A program made the translations under genes and the position numbers. Below are positions 49,870-58,324 of a DNA stretch of 64,000 nt, piece after piece. Within the stretch, counting starts at the first letter, position 1, and the number at the start of each line of letters is the position of its first letter. Under the pieces are notes generated by a model that was given only the letters and a program-made list of their open reading frames with translations, ran no database searches and had not been told where the DNA came from. The DNA is from an uncultured Rikenellaceae bacterium (GTDB lineage: Bacteria > Bacteroidota > Bacteroidia > Bacteroidales > VadinHA17): positions 19,958-83,957 of the forward strand of contig CAZGKI010000010.1 of the NCBI GenBank assembly GCA_964526345.1, read 5' to 3'.

Positions 49870-51189
49870 ATGTTTGAGAATTTAAGTGAACGGCTCGAAA
49901 AATCCTTTAAAATACTTAAGGGCCAGGGAAGAATTACCGAGATCAATATCGCCGAAACACTTAAAGAGGTTCGCAGGGCGCTCCTCGATGCTGACGTCAA
50001 CTTTAAAATTGCAAAACAATTTACCGATACTGTTAAGGTGAAAGCGCTGGGACAGCAGGTGCTTAATTCAGTCAACCCCTCCCAGATGATGGTCAAGATT
50101 GTCCATGATGAACTGGCTGTTCTGATGGGCGGAGATCATACTGATATAAATATTAAAATTAATCCTTCAGTAATTCTTATCGCCGGTTTGCAGGGATCAG
50201 GTAAAACGACTTTCAGCGGAAAACTGGCGAAATGGGTGAAGAGCAAACGTGGAAAAAATCCACTGCTTGTAGCCGGCGATATCTACCGTCCTGCAGCTAT
50301 CGAACAGCTTAAAATAATCGGTTCACAGGCTGAGGTGCCTGTTTATGTTGAGGATAATAACCCTAACCCGGTTCAAATAGCAAAAAATGCTGTCAGAGAG
50401 GCGAAAAAGAACGGGAATGATGTTGTTATCATAGATACTGCGGGACGCCTTGCTGTCGATGAGGAAATGATGAAGGAAATATCTTCAATTAAGGATGCGG
50501 TAAATCCGCATGAGATACTCTTTGTTGTTGATTCAATGACTGGACAGGATGCAGTAAATACGGCAAAGGAATTTAACGACAGGCTCGATTTTAACGGAGT
50601 TGTTCTTACCAAACTCGATGGCGATACACGGGGAGGAGCTGCTCTGTCAATCATGTCAGTTGTCAGCAAACCGATAAAATTTGTCAGCTCAGGTGAGAAG
50701 ATGGATGCTATCGATATCTTTTACCCTGTGCGAATGGCCGACAGAATACTCGGCATGGGCGATATCGTATCTCTTGTTGAGAAGGCTCAGGAACAATATG
50801 ATGTCGATGAAGCCAGGAAACTGCAGAAGAGGATAGCCAAAGATCAGTTCGATTTTAACGATTTTATTGCCCAGATACAACAAATAAAGAAGATGGGAAA
50901 TATTAAGGACCTTATGACAATGATCCCGGGGGTGGGGAAAGCTGTAAAAGATCTTGATATCGACGATAATGCTTTCAAAGGCATAGAAGCAATTATAAGA
51001 AGTATGACACCCGGGGAGAGAGAAAACCCTTCAGTACTTAATGGCAGCCGGCGTAAAAGGATTGCTCAGGGCAGCGGAACAACAGTGCAGGAGGTCAATA
51101 AGCTTGTCAAGCAGTTTGATGAAACCCGTAAAATGATGAAGATGATGACAAAGGGTGGTAATGCCGCCAGACTTATGGGACGCAGATAA
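49870..51189 (+). CDS. ffh: Signal recognition particle protein Ffh
   Basis: 'MFENLSERL', GTPase motifs 'GLQGSGKTT', 'DTAGR' and 'TKLDGD', and a Met-rich M domain. The ATG at 49870 is preferred over the TTG at 49864. Confidence 0.95.
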   Translation: MFENLSERLEKSFKILKGQGRITEINIAETLKEVRRALLDADVNFKIAKQFTDTVKVKALGQQVLNSVNPSQMMVKIVHDELAVLMGGDHTDINIKINPSVILIAGLQGSGKTTFSGKLAKWVKSKRGKNPLLVAGDIYRPAAIEQLKIIGSQAEVPVYVEDNNPNPVQIAKNAVREAKKNGNDVVIIDTAGRLAVDEEMMKEISSIKDAVNPHEILFVVDSMTGQDAVNTAKEFNDRLDFNGVVLTKLDGDTRGGAALSIMSVVSKPIKFVSSGEKMDAIDIFYPVRMADRILGMGDIVSLVEKAQEQYDVDEARKLQKRIAKDQFDFNDFIAQIQQIKKMGNIKDLMTMIPGVGKAVKDLDIDDNAFKGIEAIIRSMTPGERENPSVLNGSRRKRIAQGSGTTVQEVNKLVKQFDETRKMMKMMTKGGNAARLMGRR

Positions 51190-51198
51190 TCCAGTATT

Positions 51199-52071
51199 AT
51201 GTATACACTCATTGATGGTAAAAAAGTTGCCGCTGAAATAAAAAAAGAAATAGCGGATGAAGTCCTGAAACTTAAAAATGAAGGCAGGAAGATCCCTCAT
51301 CTGGCTGCCATCCTGGTTGGTGAAGACGGATCAAGCCAGACCTACGTGGCAAACAAGGTGAAAGATTGCGGGGAAGTGGGCTTTCGGTCGACTCTCATAA
51401 CCTACGATAACAATATCCGCGAAAGCCTTCTTCTTGACAAGATACATGAACTAAACAATGATGATGATATTGACGGTTTCATTGTCCAGCTTCCGCTGCC
51501 AGATCATATATCTGAAAATAAAATCATTGAGGCTATTGATCCGATGAAAGATGCTGATGGGTTTCATCCGGTAAATCTCGGGAAGATGGTAATTGGTCTC
51601 CCTGGTTTTCTGCCGGCTACACCCTTCGGGATCGTTGAGCTGCTAAAGAGGTATTCCATAGAAACTTCCGGAAGGAATTGCGTGGTGATAGGCAGAAGCA
51701 ATATTGTAGGAAGACCGGTGAGCATTCTCCTCTCACGAAAAGGAATGGATGCAACTGTTACAGTTGTGCACAGCCGTACAAAAGATATTAAAGCAATTGT
51801 AAGTGAAGCAGATATTATAATAGCAGCCATAGGATCTCCATATTTTGTCAAAGCCGATATGGTTAAAGATGATGCTGTGGTTATTGATGTTGGTACGACC
51901 CGCATCCCGGCGCCAGAAACAAAAACCGGCTTTAAGCTGGCCGGAGATGTCGATTTCATTAACGTGGCACCAAAATGCTCCTATATTACACCTGTGCCTG
52001 GCGGTGTAGGCCCCATGACCAGAGTATCATTACTGAGAAATACCCTGCTGGCTGCCGCTCTGCGAAAGTAA
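51199..52071 (+). CDS. folD: Bifunctional methylenetetrahydrofolate dehydrogenase/cyclohydrolase
   Basis: 'LIDGKKVA', 'YVANKVK', '[10 protein letters not shown]' and '[10 protein letters not shown]'. Confidence 0.95.
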   Translation: MYTLIDGKKVAAEIKKEIADEVLKLKNEGRKIPHLAAILVGEDGSSQTYVANKVKDCGEVGFRSTLITYDNNIRESLLLDKIHELNNDDDIDGFIVQLPLPDHISENKIIEAIDPMKDADGFHPVNLGKMVIGLPGFLPATPFGIVELLKRYSIETSGRNCVVIGRSNIVGRPVSILLSRKGMDATVTVVHSRTKDIKAIVSEADIIIAAIGSPYFVKADMVKDDAVVIDVGTTRIPAPETKTGFKLAGDVDFINVAPKCSYITPVPGGVGPMTRVSLLRNTLLAAALRK

Positions 52072-52134
52072 TTTTTTCGTTTGTTACTCTCCGAAACTCC
52101 GTGTTCCCCGGTGGTTAAATTATTTTATTCAGGT

Positions 52135-53139
52135 TCACTTAATTATATCCACTCCACGGAAGTAGAGATCAAATCCGCCTTTACCTCCCGGCCTGTTTGA
52201 TGAAAAAACCATGAAATAATTGGTGAAATCGGGATAACCGGATATTACAGGTCTGTACTCATCTGAAGTTGAGTTAACTCCGGGCCCGAAATTCACAGGG
52301 GAATTCCATTTGCCATTTTTAAAAACTGAGTAATAAAGATCATATCCCCCCAAACCACCCGGTCGGTCTGAAGCAAATACCATTATTTTTTTGTAAACAA
52401 ACGGACATTTGTCATTCGAAGAGCTGTTCAGGCTGTCTACTTTTGCTGATGCTGAATAGGTTCCATCAAGCCAAGTTGATATTTCAGTATCAGCCGGTCT
52501 GGTCTTTAAATAAATTTCAAAGTTACCGTCAATGTTTGATGAAAAAAATGCGCTGTCCTGGTTTGTATCAAAGGATATATAAGCATCGTCGGAACCTGTA
52601 TTCAGCAATGTGGCCGGATAAGGTCCATGTATAACCGGGAGGATGCTGCCTGAAGCAGGTTGATTCTTAAGGTAATAGAAATCGAGATTACCTTCGGTAT
52701 TTACTGACGACAGGAGAAGATATTCATAACCATCGACAGTACTGAAAAAACGATAAGGACCAAAATCGTTACCATCTGTATTGGCGGTATTTAAAAGATT
52801 CGTTATAAATGCATCATTCGACATCTCACAGCCCAGCCCAAACGCGCCTGTTGTCTGATCAAATGTAAAAGTCGTTATGCCCTGAACCAGGTCAAACTGA
52901 CCACCGGCACTGTTCCTGTTACTCGAAAAAACCATAATGACATTTCCCAGTAACTGGTGCAGATCCATATTATAATCGTCATAAATGGAATTGATATCTG
53001 AAAGAGCTATGGTTGAATCAGGAAATGTGCCCTTAGGATATTTGATAGGATTCTCGGTTTTCTTGCAGTACCCCAGACTTAATAAGACTATTGTGCAAAA
53101 AACCAAGCCTGATCCGGTTTTTATTAATGATATTTTCAT
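52135..53139 (-). CDS. Lipoprotein with TolB-like (PD40/WD40-like) beta-propeller repeats
   Basis: Leader ending 'LSLGYC'. Repeated 'VF(S/A)S(N/D)R.GG.GG.DLY' motifs ('VFASDRPGGLGGYDLYY', 'VFSSNRPGGKGGFDLYF'). Confidence 0.65.
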   Translation of the reverse strand: MKISLIKTGSGLVFCTIVLLSLGYCKKTENPIKYPKGTFPDSTIALSDINSIYDDYNMDLHQLLGNVIMVFSSNRNSAGGQFDLVQGITTFTFDQTTGAFGLGCEMSNDAFITNLLNTANTDGNDFGPYRFFSTVDGYEYLLLSSVNTEGNLDFYYLKNQPASGSILPVIHGPYPATLLNTGSDDAYISFDTNQDSAFFSSNIDGNFEIYLKTRPADTEISTWLDGTYSASAKVDSLNSSSNDKCPFVYKKIMVFASDRPGGLGGYDLYYSVFKNGKWNSPVNFGPGVNSTSDEYRPVISGYPDFTNYFMVFSSNRPGGKGGFDLYFRGVDIIK

Positions 53140-53165
53140 AATCTGCAGTTGAGGAACACGTGGAG

Positions 53166-53173
53166 CAAAGATA
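53166..53173 (-). promoter_or_regulatory. Bacteroidota-type -7 promoter box (TATCTTTG on minus strand)
   Basis: Plus-strand 'caaagata', 27 nt upstream of the ATG at 53139. Confidence 0.45.
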
Positions 53174-53196
53174 TTAATATTTAATATTAAATGAAA

Positions 53197-53217
53197 AACC
53201 GGGTTTAATGCCCGGTT
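53197..53217 (-). terminator. Orphan intrinsic-terminator-like hairpin (best read on the minus strand)
   Basis: Stem AACCGGG / CCCGGTT (7 bp) with a 7-nt loop. The minus strand reads hairpin then UUUUU. It lies upstream of the promoter box of the next minus-strand gene, and no ORF precedes it. Confidence 0.45.
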
Positions 53218-53447
53218 CTTCTGAGGTAGAATTTAGGTTAATTCTAGGGTAAATTGGGTATAGGGTAATAGGTTTTGCGTGTTATAACAATAAGATGATT
53301 TTTTGGTTCAAGAGGTTGCGTTTGGGGAATAAAAAAAATGGTAATATATTTTTATTATCTTTATCAACCTGAATATTAGGTGTTTGAAAAAATGTTAAAT
53401 TGTTAATAATTGGATATCGACACTTTAGGCCTTATTAAAATTAGTAT

Positions 53448-53455
53448 TACTTTTG
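53448..53455 (+). promoter_or_regulatory. Bacteroidota-type -7 promoter box (TACTTTTG)
   Basis: Exact TAnnTTTG match 23 nt upstream of the ATG at 53478. Confidence 0.5.
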
Positions 53456-53477
53456 CAGCATACCCATTTGAGTCGTT

Positions 53478-54896
53478 ATGGAGGAGGATAAGTACGGTTA
53501 CTCATATGAAGAGGAGATTCAACAGGCTGTTCAGAAATTTGAGAGGATGAAGAGGAATAATGAAAATTATTTCTTTGATGTTGTTGAATTTGAATCTATT
53601 ATCGACTTTTATATTGAAAGCAATAATCCTAATAAGGCTTATGAAGCTGCCCTTTTAGCCACAAAACAACATCCTTCATCGGTATCCATCCAGCTTAGAA
53701 AAGCAAAGGTACTTCTCGATAAGGGACGCGCAGTCGAAACCCTGCGTATTCTTAAAAAACTCGAGAATATCGAACCGGGGAATCAGGATATTTATATCGC
53801 TAAGGGAACAGCACTCGGAATGCTTGGAGATATTCAGGGTGCAAGAAAAATGTTCGATTATGCTCTTTCAATCGACACCGATGAAGTGGAGAATATTCTG
53901 TTTGCAATTGTCTCGGTTCTTCAGAACCTTAATTATTACGAACACCTTATACCTTATTTACTGAGATTAATTGAAAAAGAACCGAATTTCAAAGCTCATC
54001 TCTACGATCTGGCGTATGCCTATGAGAAAACTGAGGATTTTGACAGGAGTATTCATTTTTACCGCAAATATCTTGAAGAAGAACCCTTCTCCGATAGTGC
54101 ATGGTATAATATGGGAATAATTTATAACAGGCGCGAAGAATATGAAAAAGCAATGGAAGCCTATGATTATGCGCTTGCTATTAATTCTCAAAACACATTT
54201 GCACTTTTTAATAAGGCGAACATACTTAGTAACCTTGATCGATATTCTGAAGCAATTCCGGTTTACCACGAATACCTTGAAATAGAACCCGATAGTTTTG
54301 AGGGGATGACATATCTTGCTGAATGTTACGAAAAAACTAATGATATTGTTAATGCGAAGAAATATTATCATGAAGCAATAGAACTGGCACCTGAATACCC
54401 TGACCCCTGGTTCGGGCTAGGAGTGATTGAGCTGAATTCCGGGAATCCTTCGGATAGTCTGATTTACTTCAGAAAAGCTGTCCGCCTCGATGATGAAAAT
54501 CCTGAATACTGGTATCTCCTTGGAAAAGCACATTATTTACAGGGCGAAATTAAAGCTTCATTGAGCTGTTTCAGGGAAGCTCTGAAGCTTGATGCCTATT
54601 ACGATGAAGTATGGTCCGATCTCGGAAAGATAATCCGGAAAGAAAAACTTGAGTCCAAAGCAGTACCTTACCTTGAAAAGGCATACAGGGTTACCGGAGA
54701 TGTCCCCGGAATAAATTACCTGCTGGCAGCTTTTTATCTTAAAACAGGAAGACTTGAAAAAGCCTCTGTCCATCTTTCCCTGGCTCTTGAAACAGACGAA
54801 GATATGTTCAGGGAATTCAGAGAGATCTTCCCGGCTGAAATAATAACAAAGAAGATTTACAGAATATTGGAAAAGTATAATCTTGCCGGAAAGTAA
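53478..54896 (+). CDS. Tetratricopeptide-repeat protein
   Basis: 472 aa of consecutive TPR-like units ('AWYNMGIIYNRREEYEKAMEAYDYALAINS...'). Confidence 0.75.
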   Translation: MEEDKYGYSYEEEIQQAVQKFERMKRNNENYFFDVVEFESIIDFYIESNNPNKAYEAALLATKQHPSSVSIQLRKAKVLLDKGRAVETLRILKKLENIEPGNQDIYIAKGTALGMLGDIQGARKMFDYALSIDTDEVENILFAIVSVLQNLNYYEHLIPYLLRLIEKEPNFKAHLYDLAYAYEKTEDFDRSIHFYRKYLEEEPFSDSAWYNMGIIYNRREEYEKAMEAYDYALAINSQNTFALFNKANILSNLDRYSEAIPVYHEYLEIEPDSFEGMTYLAECYEKTNDIVNAKKYYHEAIELAPEYPDPWFGLGVIELNSGNPSDSLIYFRKAVRLDDENPEYWYLLGKAHYLQGEIKASLSCFREALKLDAYYDEVWSDLGKIIRKEKLESKAVPYLEKAYRVTGDVPGINYLLAAFYLKTGRLEKASVHLSLALETDEDMFREFREIFPAEIITKKIYRILEKYNLAGK

Positions 54897-54914
54897 TCCT
54901 ATTCAATTAAAATT

Positions 54915-55685
54915 ATGATACAAAAAATTCCACATTTGCCTGAGAGGCCGTTAAAACCAAGAAATTCAGGACTTACAATGGTCATGGACAAAGGCCTGAG
55001 CATCAGGGAGGCAGAAGATTTCATGTCAGTCGGCAGTGAATATACCGACTTTGTTAAACTCGGATTCGGCACTTCTATTTTAACACCCGGAGTTGAAAAG
55101 AAAATAGAGATTTATAGAAAGGCAGGCGCCATTCCATACCTGGGAGGGACCCTGTTTGAAGCCTACATAATCAGGGATATGTTCAGGGAGTTCGTTGAAT
55201 TACTCGACTATCTTAAAATTGACCTGGTTGAAGTTTCCGACGGATCTTACGATATCGAGCATTCCCATAAACTTGAATATATAAAAGAGCTGGTAAAGCA
55301 CAGAACAGTTATCTCCGAAGTTGGCTCCAAAAAGAAGGATGTAATATATACTCCTGATGAATGGGTGGCTATGATGAAAACGGAACTTAAAGCAGGCTCG
55401 GCAAAGGTCATAGCTGAAGCCCGTGAATCGGGAACTACAGGCATCTATAATGCGGATGGTTCAATAAATAACAGCATAATTTGCGGAATATCAGAACATG
55501 TGAGGCTCGATAACGTTATCTGGGAAGCTCCTCTGAAATCGCAGCAGGCATGGTTCATTCGTCACTTTGGAGCAAATGTTAACCTGGGGAATATTGCACC
55601 GCATGAAGTGATCGCTCTGGAGACACTCCGTCTTGGGCTTCGTGGCGATACCTTCTTCCAGTTTCTGCCGGATCATCTTAAATAA
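54915..55685 (+). CDS. comA: Phosphosulfolactate synthase (ComA/YitD family)
   Basis: 'LPERPLKPRNSGLTMVMDKG', 'YTDFVKLGFGTS' and 'LGGTLFE' fit my recollection of the PF02679 family. The length of ~256 aa also fits. Confidence 0.65.
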   Translation: MIQKIPHLPERPLKPRNSGLTMVMDKGLSIREAEDFMSVGSEYTDFVKLGFGTSILTPGVEKKIEIYRKAGAIPYLGGTLFEAYIIRDMFREFVELLDYLKIDLVEVSDGSYDIEHSHKLEYIKELVKHRTVISEVGSKKKDVIYTPDEWVAMMKTELKAGSAKVIAEARESGTTGIYNADGSINNSIICGISEHVRLDNVIWEAPLKSQQAWFIRHFGANVNLGNIAPHEVIALETLRLGLRGDTFFQFLPDHLK

Positions 55686-55732
55686 TTGAATGTGTTCCGG
55701 TTAGAATTTTCAAAGAATGAAGGATTCAGGTT

Positions 55733-56485
55733 ATGAGAAAATACGGTCTTGTCGGATATCCGCTCGGGCACTCATTCTCCAAGAAATATTTTACCGAAAA
55801 GTTTGATGGTGAACATATTACGGATTGTTCTTATGAGAATTTTCCCCTTGATGATATTAATAAGTTCCCTTCTCTGTTAAAAGATAATCCTGACCTGTAC
55901 GGGTTGAATATTACAATTCCATACAAAACCCAAGTTTTAGAATATGTTGATGTAAGAGATACTGCGGTTGATGAAATAGGTGCTGCAAATGTATTGAAGA
56001 TTAAACGGGAGGGTGATAATACCAAAGTATATGGATTCAACAGTGATGTAACAGGCATACATGATTCCATTTTGCCCCACCTGACCAAAAATTTAAAGAG
56101 CGCCCTGATCCTGGGAACCGGAGGCAGCTCTCGTGCGGTTGCCTGGACACTTAAAAAAATGGGAATAAATTATACCCTTATCTCAAGGGATCAGAAACCT
56201 GGAGCTATAAGTTACAGCGAAATTAATAGCAACATTATCAGCAGGATACAATTAATTATTAATACTACTCCCCTGGGTATGTACCCTGATATCGCCTCAT
56301 GTCCTGAACTGGATTATGACCTCCTGGATAAAAGACATATTCTCTTTGACCTGGTTTACAACCCGGAAATGACAACTTTTCTCCGCTCAGGGCAGGAGAG
56401 AGGATGCTCAATAATAACAGGACTTAAAATGCTTTATTCCCAGGCTGAAAAATCGTGGGAAATATGGAATAATGATAATCTGTGA
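55733..56485 (+). CDS. aroE: Shikimate dehydrogenase
   Basis: 'YGLVGYPLGHSFSKKYF', 'NITIPYK' and 'ILGTGGSSRAV' (NADP Rossmann). Confidence 0.85.
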   Translation: MRKYGLVGYPLGHSFSKKYFTEKFDGEHITDCSYENFPLDDINKFPSLLKDNPDLYGLNITIPYKTQVLEYVDVRDTAVDEIGAANVLKIKREGDNTKVYGFNSDVTGIHDSILPHLTKNLKSALILGTGGSSRAVAWTLKKMGINYTLISRDQKPGAISYSEINSNIISRIQLIINTTPLGMYPDIASCPELDYDLLDKRHILFDLVYNPEMTTFLRSGQERGCSIITGLKMLYSQAEKSWEIWNNDNL

Positions 56486-56524
56486 TATATTATTACCGGT
56501 TCGGCAATTATAGGGGAAAACCAT

Positions 56525-56860
56525 TTAGTTGTTCTTTCTCCTGATCCAGTACCTTGGATCACACTCAATACATTCCTGTTTCCAGTAACCCGGTGTAACA
56601 TAACTGCCCTCCGGAGTTTTCAGGAGACATTCATATATTGTAAAAACCGGATTAAAAATAAGGTCTGTAACTCCTAATGTATATTTCTTCTCTTCACTTT
56701 GCTCTTCCGCCGGCTCCTCCATCTCTTTAACTTCAAAGTTATTGAACTCAAGCAGCTGTCGAAGAAAAGCAGCACGCTCCAGGCTAAGACCCGATTCTAC
56801 TATAGTGCATCTTACACCATCTATTTCAGCGACTATATGTTTAGCATTATTGATTGCCAT
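56525..56860 (-). CDS. Small Cys-containing hypothetical protein co-oriented with, and 13 nt downstream of, nuoN
   Basis: 111 aa from the internal Met (MAINNAKH...). The longer ORF-track start would overlap nuoN. Contains 'ECIEC' plus two further Cys residues. Confidence 0.5.
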   Translation of the reverse strand: MAINNAKHIVAEIDGVRCTIVESGLSLERAAFLRQLLEFNNFEVKEMEEPAEEQSEEKKYTLGVTDLIFNPVFTIYECLLKTPEGSYVTPGYWKQECIECDPRYWIRRKNN

Positions 56861-56873
56861 GATTGTTAATATT

Positions 56874-58295
56874 TTAAACTCCGAAACTGAGATTTTGAAT
56901 ATACTCAAAGATCATGCTGGCAAACCCCGTAAAAAATATACCTGCAACACAAATTAAAAGCGCAAATCGGGTAGGAAAATCACTTTTAAAGCGGGCAATA
57001 GGATCTTCATTCTTATTTATAAACATCGCTTTTACAACAAGCAGATAATAATACAATGAGATTATTGTATTCAGTACAGCTATTAATACAAGGAAATAGA
57101 ATCCTTTCTGTGCAGCTGCAGTGAACAGGAAGAATTTGCCGAAGAACCCTGCCACAGGCGGGATACCTGCCAGCGAAAACAATGAAAGGGTCATTATAAG
57201 GCTTAGTCTGGGATTAGTACGGTATAATCCGTTGTAATCATCAATATTTTCTTTGCCTGTGACATTGGAAATAACCGCTACAACTCCGAAGGCTCCAAGG
57301 TTCGAAAATATATAAACAAGAATATAATAGATAATGGAAGCCATACCGAGACTGTTTCCGCCAATAATACCAAGCAGAATATAACCGGCTTGTGAAATCG
57401 AAGAAAATGCCAGAAAACGTTTCAGATTCTGCTGACGGATAGCAAACAGGTTACCAATTGTCATCGTAAGTATTGATGTAACATAGATTGTCTTCTGCCA
57501 TGTAAACATTATAACAGGAAACACTCCAAACAGAATTATTACAAGTATAAAAATAGCTGCGCCTTTGGATATCACCGACAGAAATGAGGTTATATTGACA
57601 GGAGCTCCTTCATAAACATCTGCAGTCCACAGATGGAATGGCACTATCGATATTTTGAAGGCCATGCCTGAAAAGAAGAAGATAAAAGCCAGTATTTGCA
57701 GGCTGTTGCCCGCGAACAGGTGTGAAACTTCATAAAAATACATTGTACCTGTTGTTCCATAGATCATTGATAACCCGTATAGCATTATCCCTGAAGAAAG
57801 GGCAGAGGAAAGGATGAGTTTGATACCCGCCTCAGCAGATTTGTTTTTATAGCGTTCAAAAGCAGCAAGTGCCGCAATGGGAATTGTCGCAAGCTCAATG
57901 CCTATATAAAACATCAGGAAATGAGAAGATGAGATCATAAAGTCTATTCCCAGCAGTGTCGAAATGACAAGTATAAAATACTCGCTGATCTTTCCTGAGT
58001 TTTCTTCTTTACTTAGCCATGTGACCGATTGTATCAGCACGATGAGCACTCCGATATTAAGTATATTTTTCATCAGTGTTGTTACCTGCGATGAAACATA
58101 CATCCCGCCAAAGAGTATTCCTTCCGGTACAGGTATCATTCCAATCAGAGTTATCAATCCAAAAACGACAGTTGAAAAAGTAATTATTCCTTTCTTTTTG
58201 GCAGGATTCCGGAATATTTCCAAAATCAGGATCAGTATAGCAGCTACTGTCAGTAACAGTTCATGGCGCATCGTTAAAAAATCTTGTAGACTCAT
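56874..58295 (-). CDS. nuoN: NADH-quinone oxidoreductase subunit N
   Basis: A polytopic antiporter-like subunit, last in the H-I-J-K-L-M-N order. Confidence 0.85.
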   Translation of the reverse strand: MSLQDFLTMRHELLLTVAAILILILEIFRNPAKKKGIITFSTVVFGLITLIGMIPVPEGILFGGMYVSSQVTTLMKNILNIGVLIVLIQSVTWLSKEENSGKISEYFILVISTLLGIDFMISSSHFLMFYIGIELATIPIAALAAFERYKNKSAEAGIKLILSSALSSGIMLYGLSMIYGTTGTMYFYEVSHLFAGNSLQILAFIFFFSGMAFKISIVPFHLWTADVYEGAPVNITSFLSVISKGAAIFILVIILFGVFPVIMFTWQKTIYVTSILTMTIGNLFAIRQQNLKRFLAFSSISQAGYILLGIIGGNSLGMASIIYYILVYIFSNLGAFGVVAVISNVTGKENIDDYNGLYRTNPRLSLIMTLSLFSLAGIPPVAGFFGKFFLFTAAAQKGFYFLVLIAVLNTIISLYYYLLVVKAMFINKNEDPIARFKSDFPTRFALLICVAGIFFTGFASMIFEYIQNLSFGV

Positions 58296-58324
58296 ATCTT
58301 GCAGGGCGCTAATAACATTTATTT

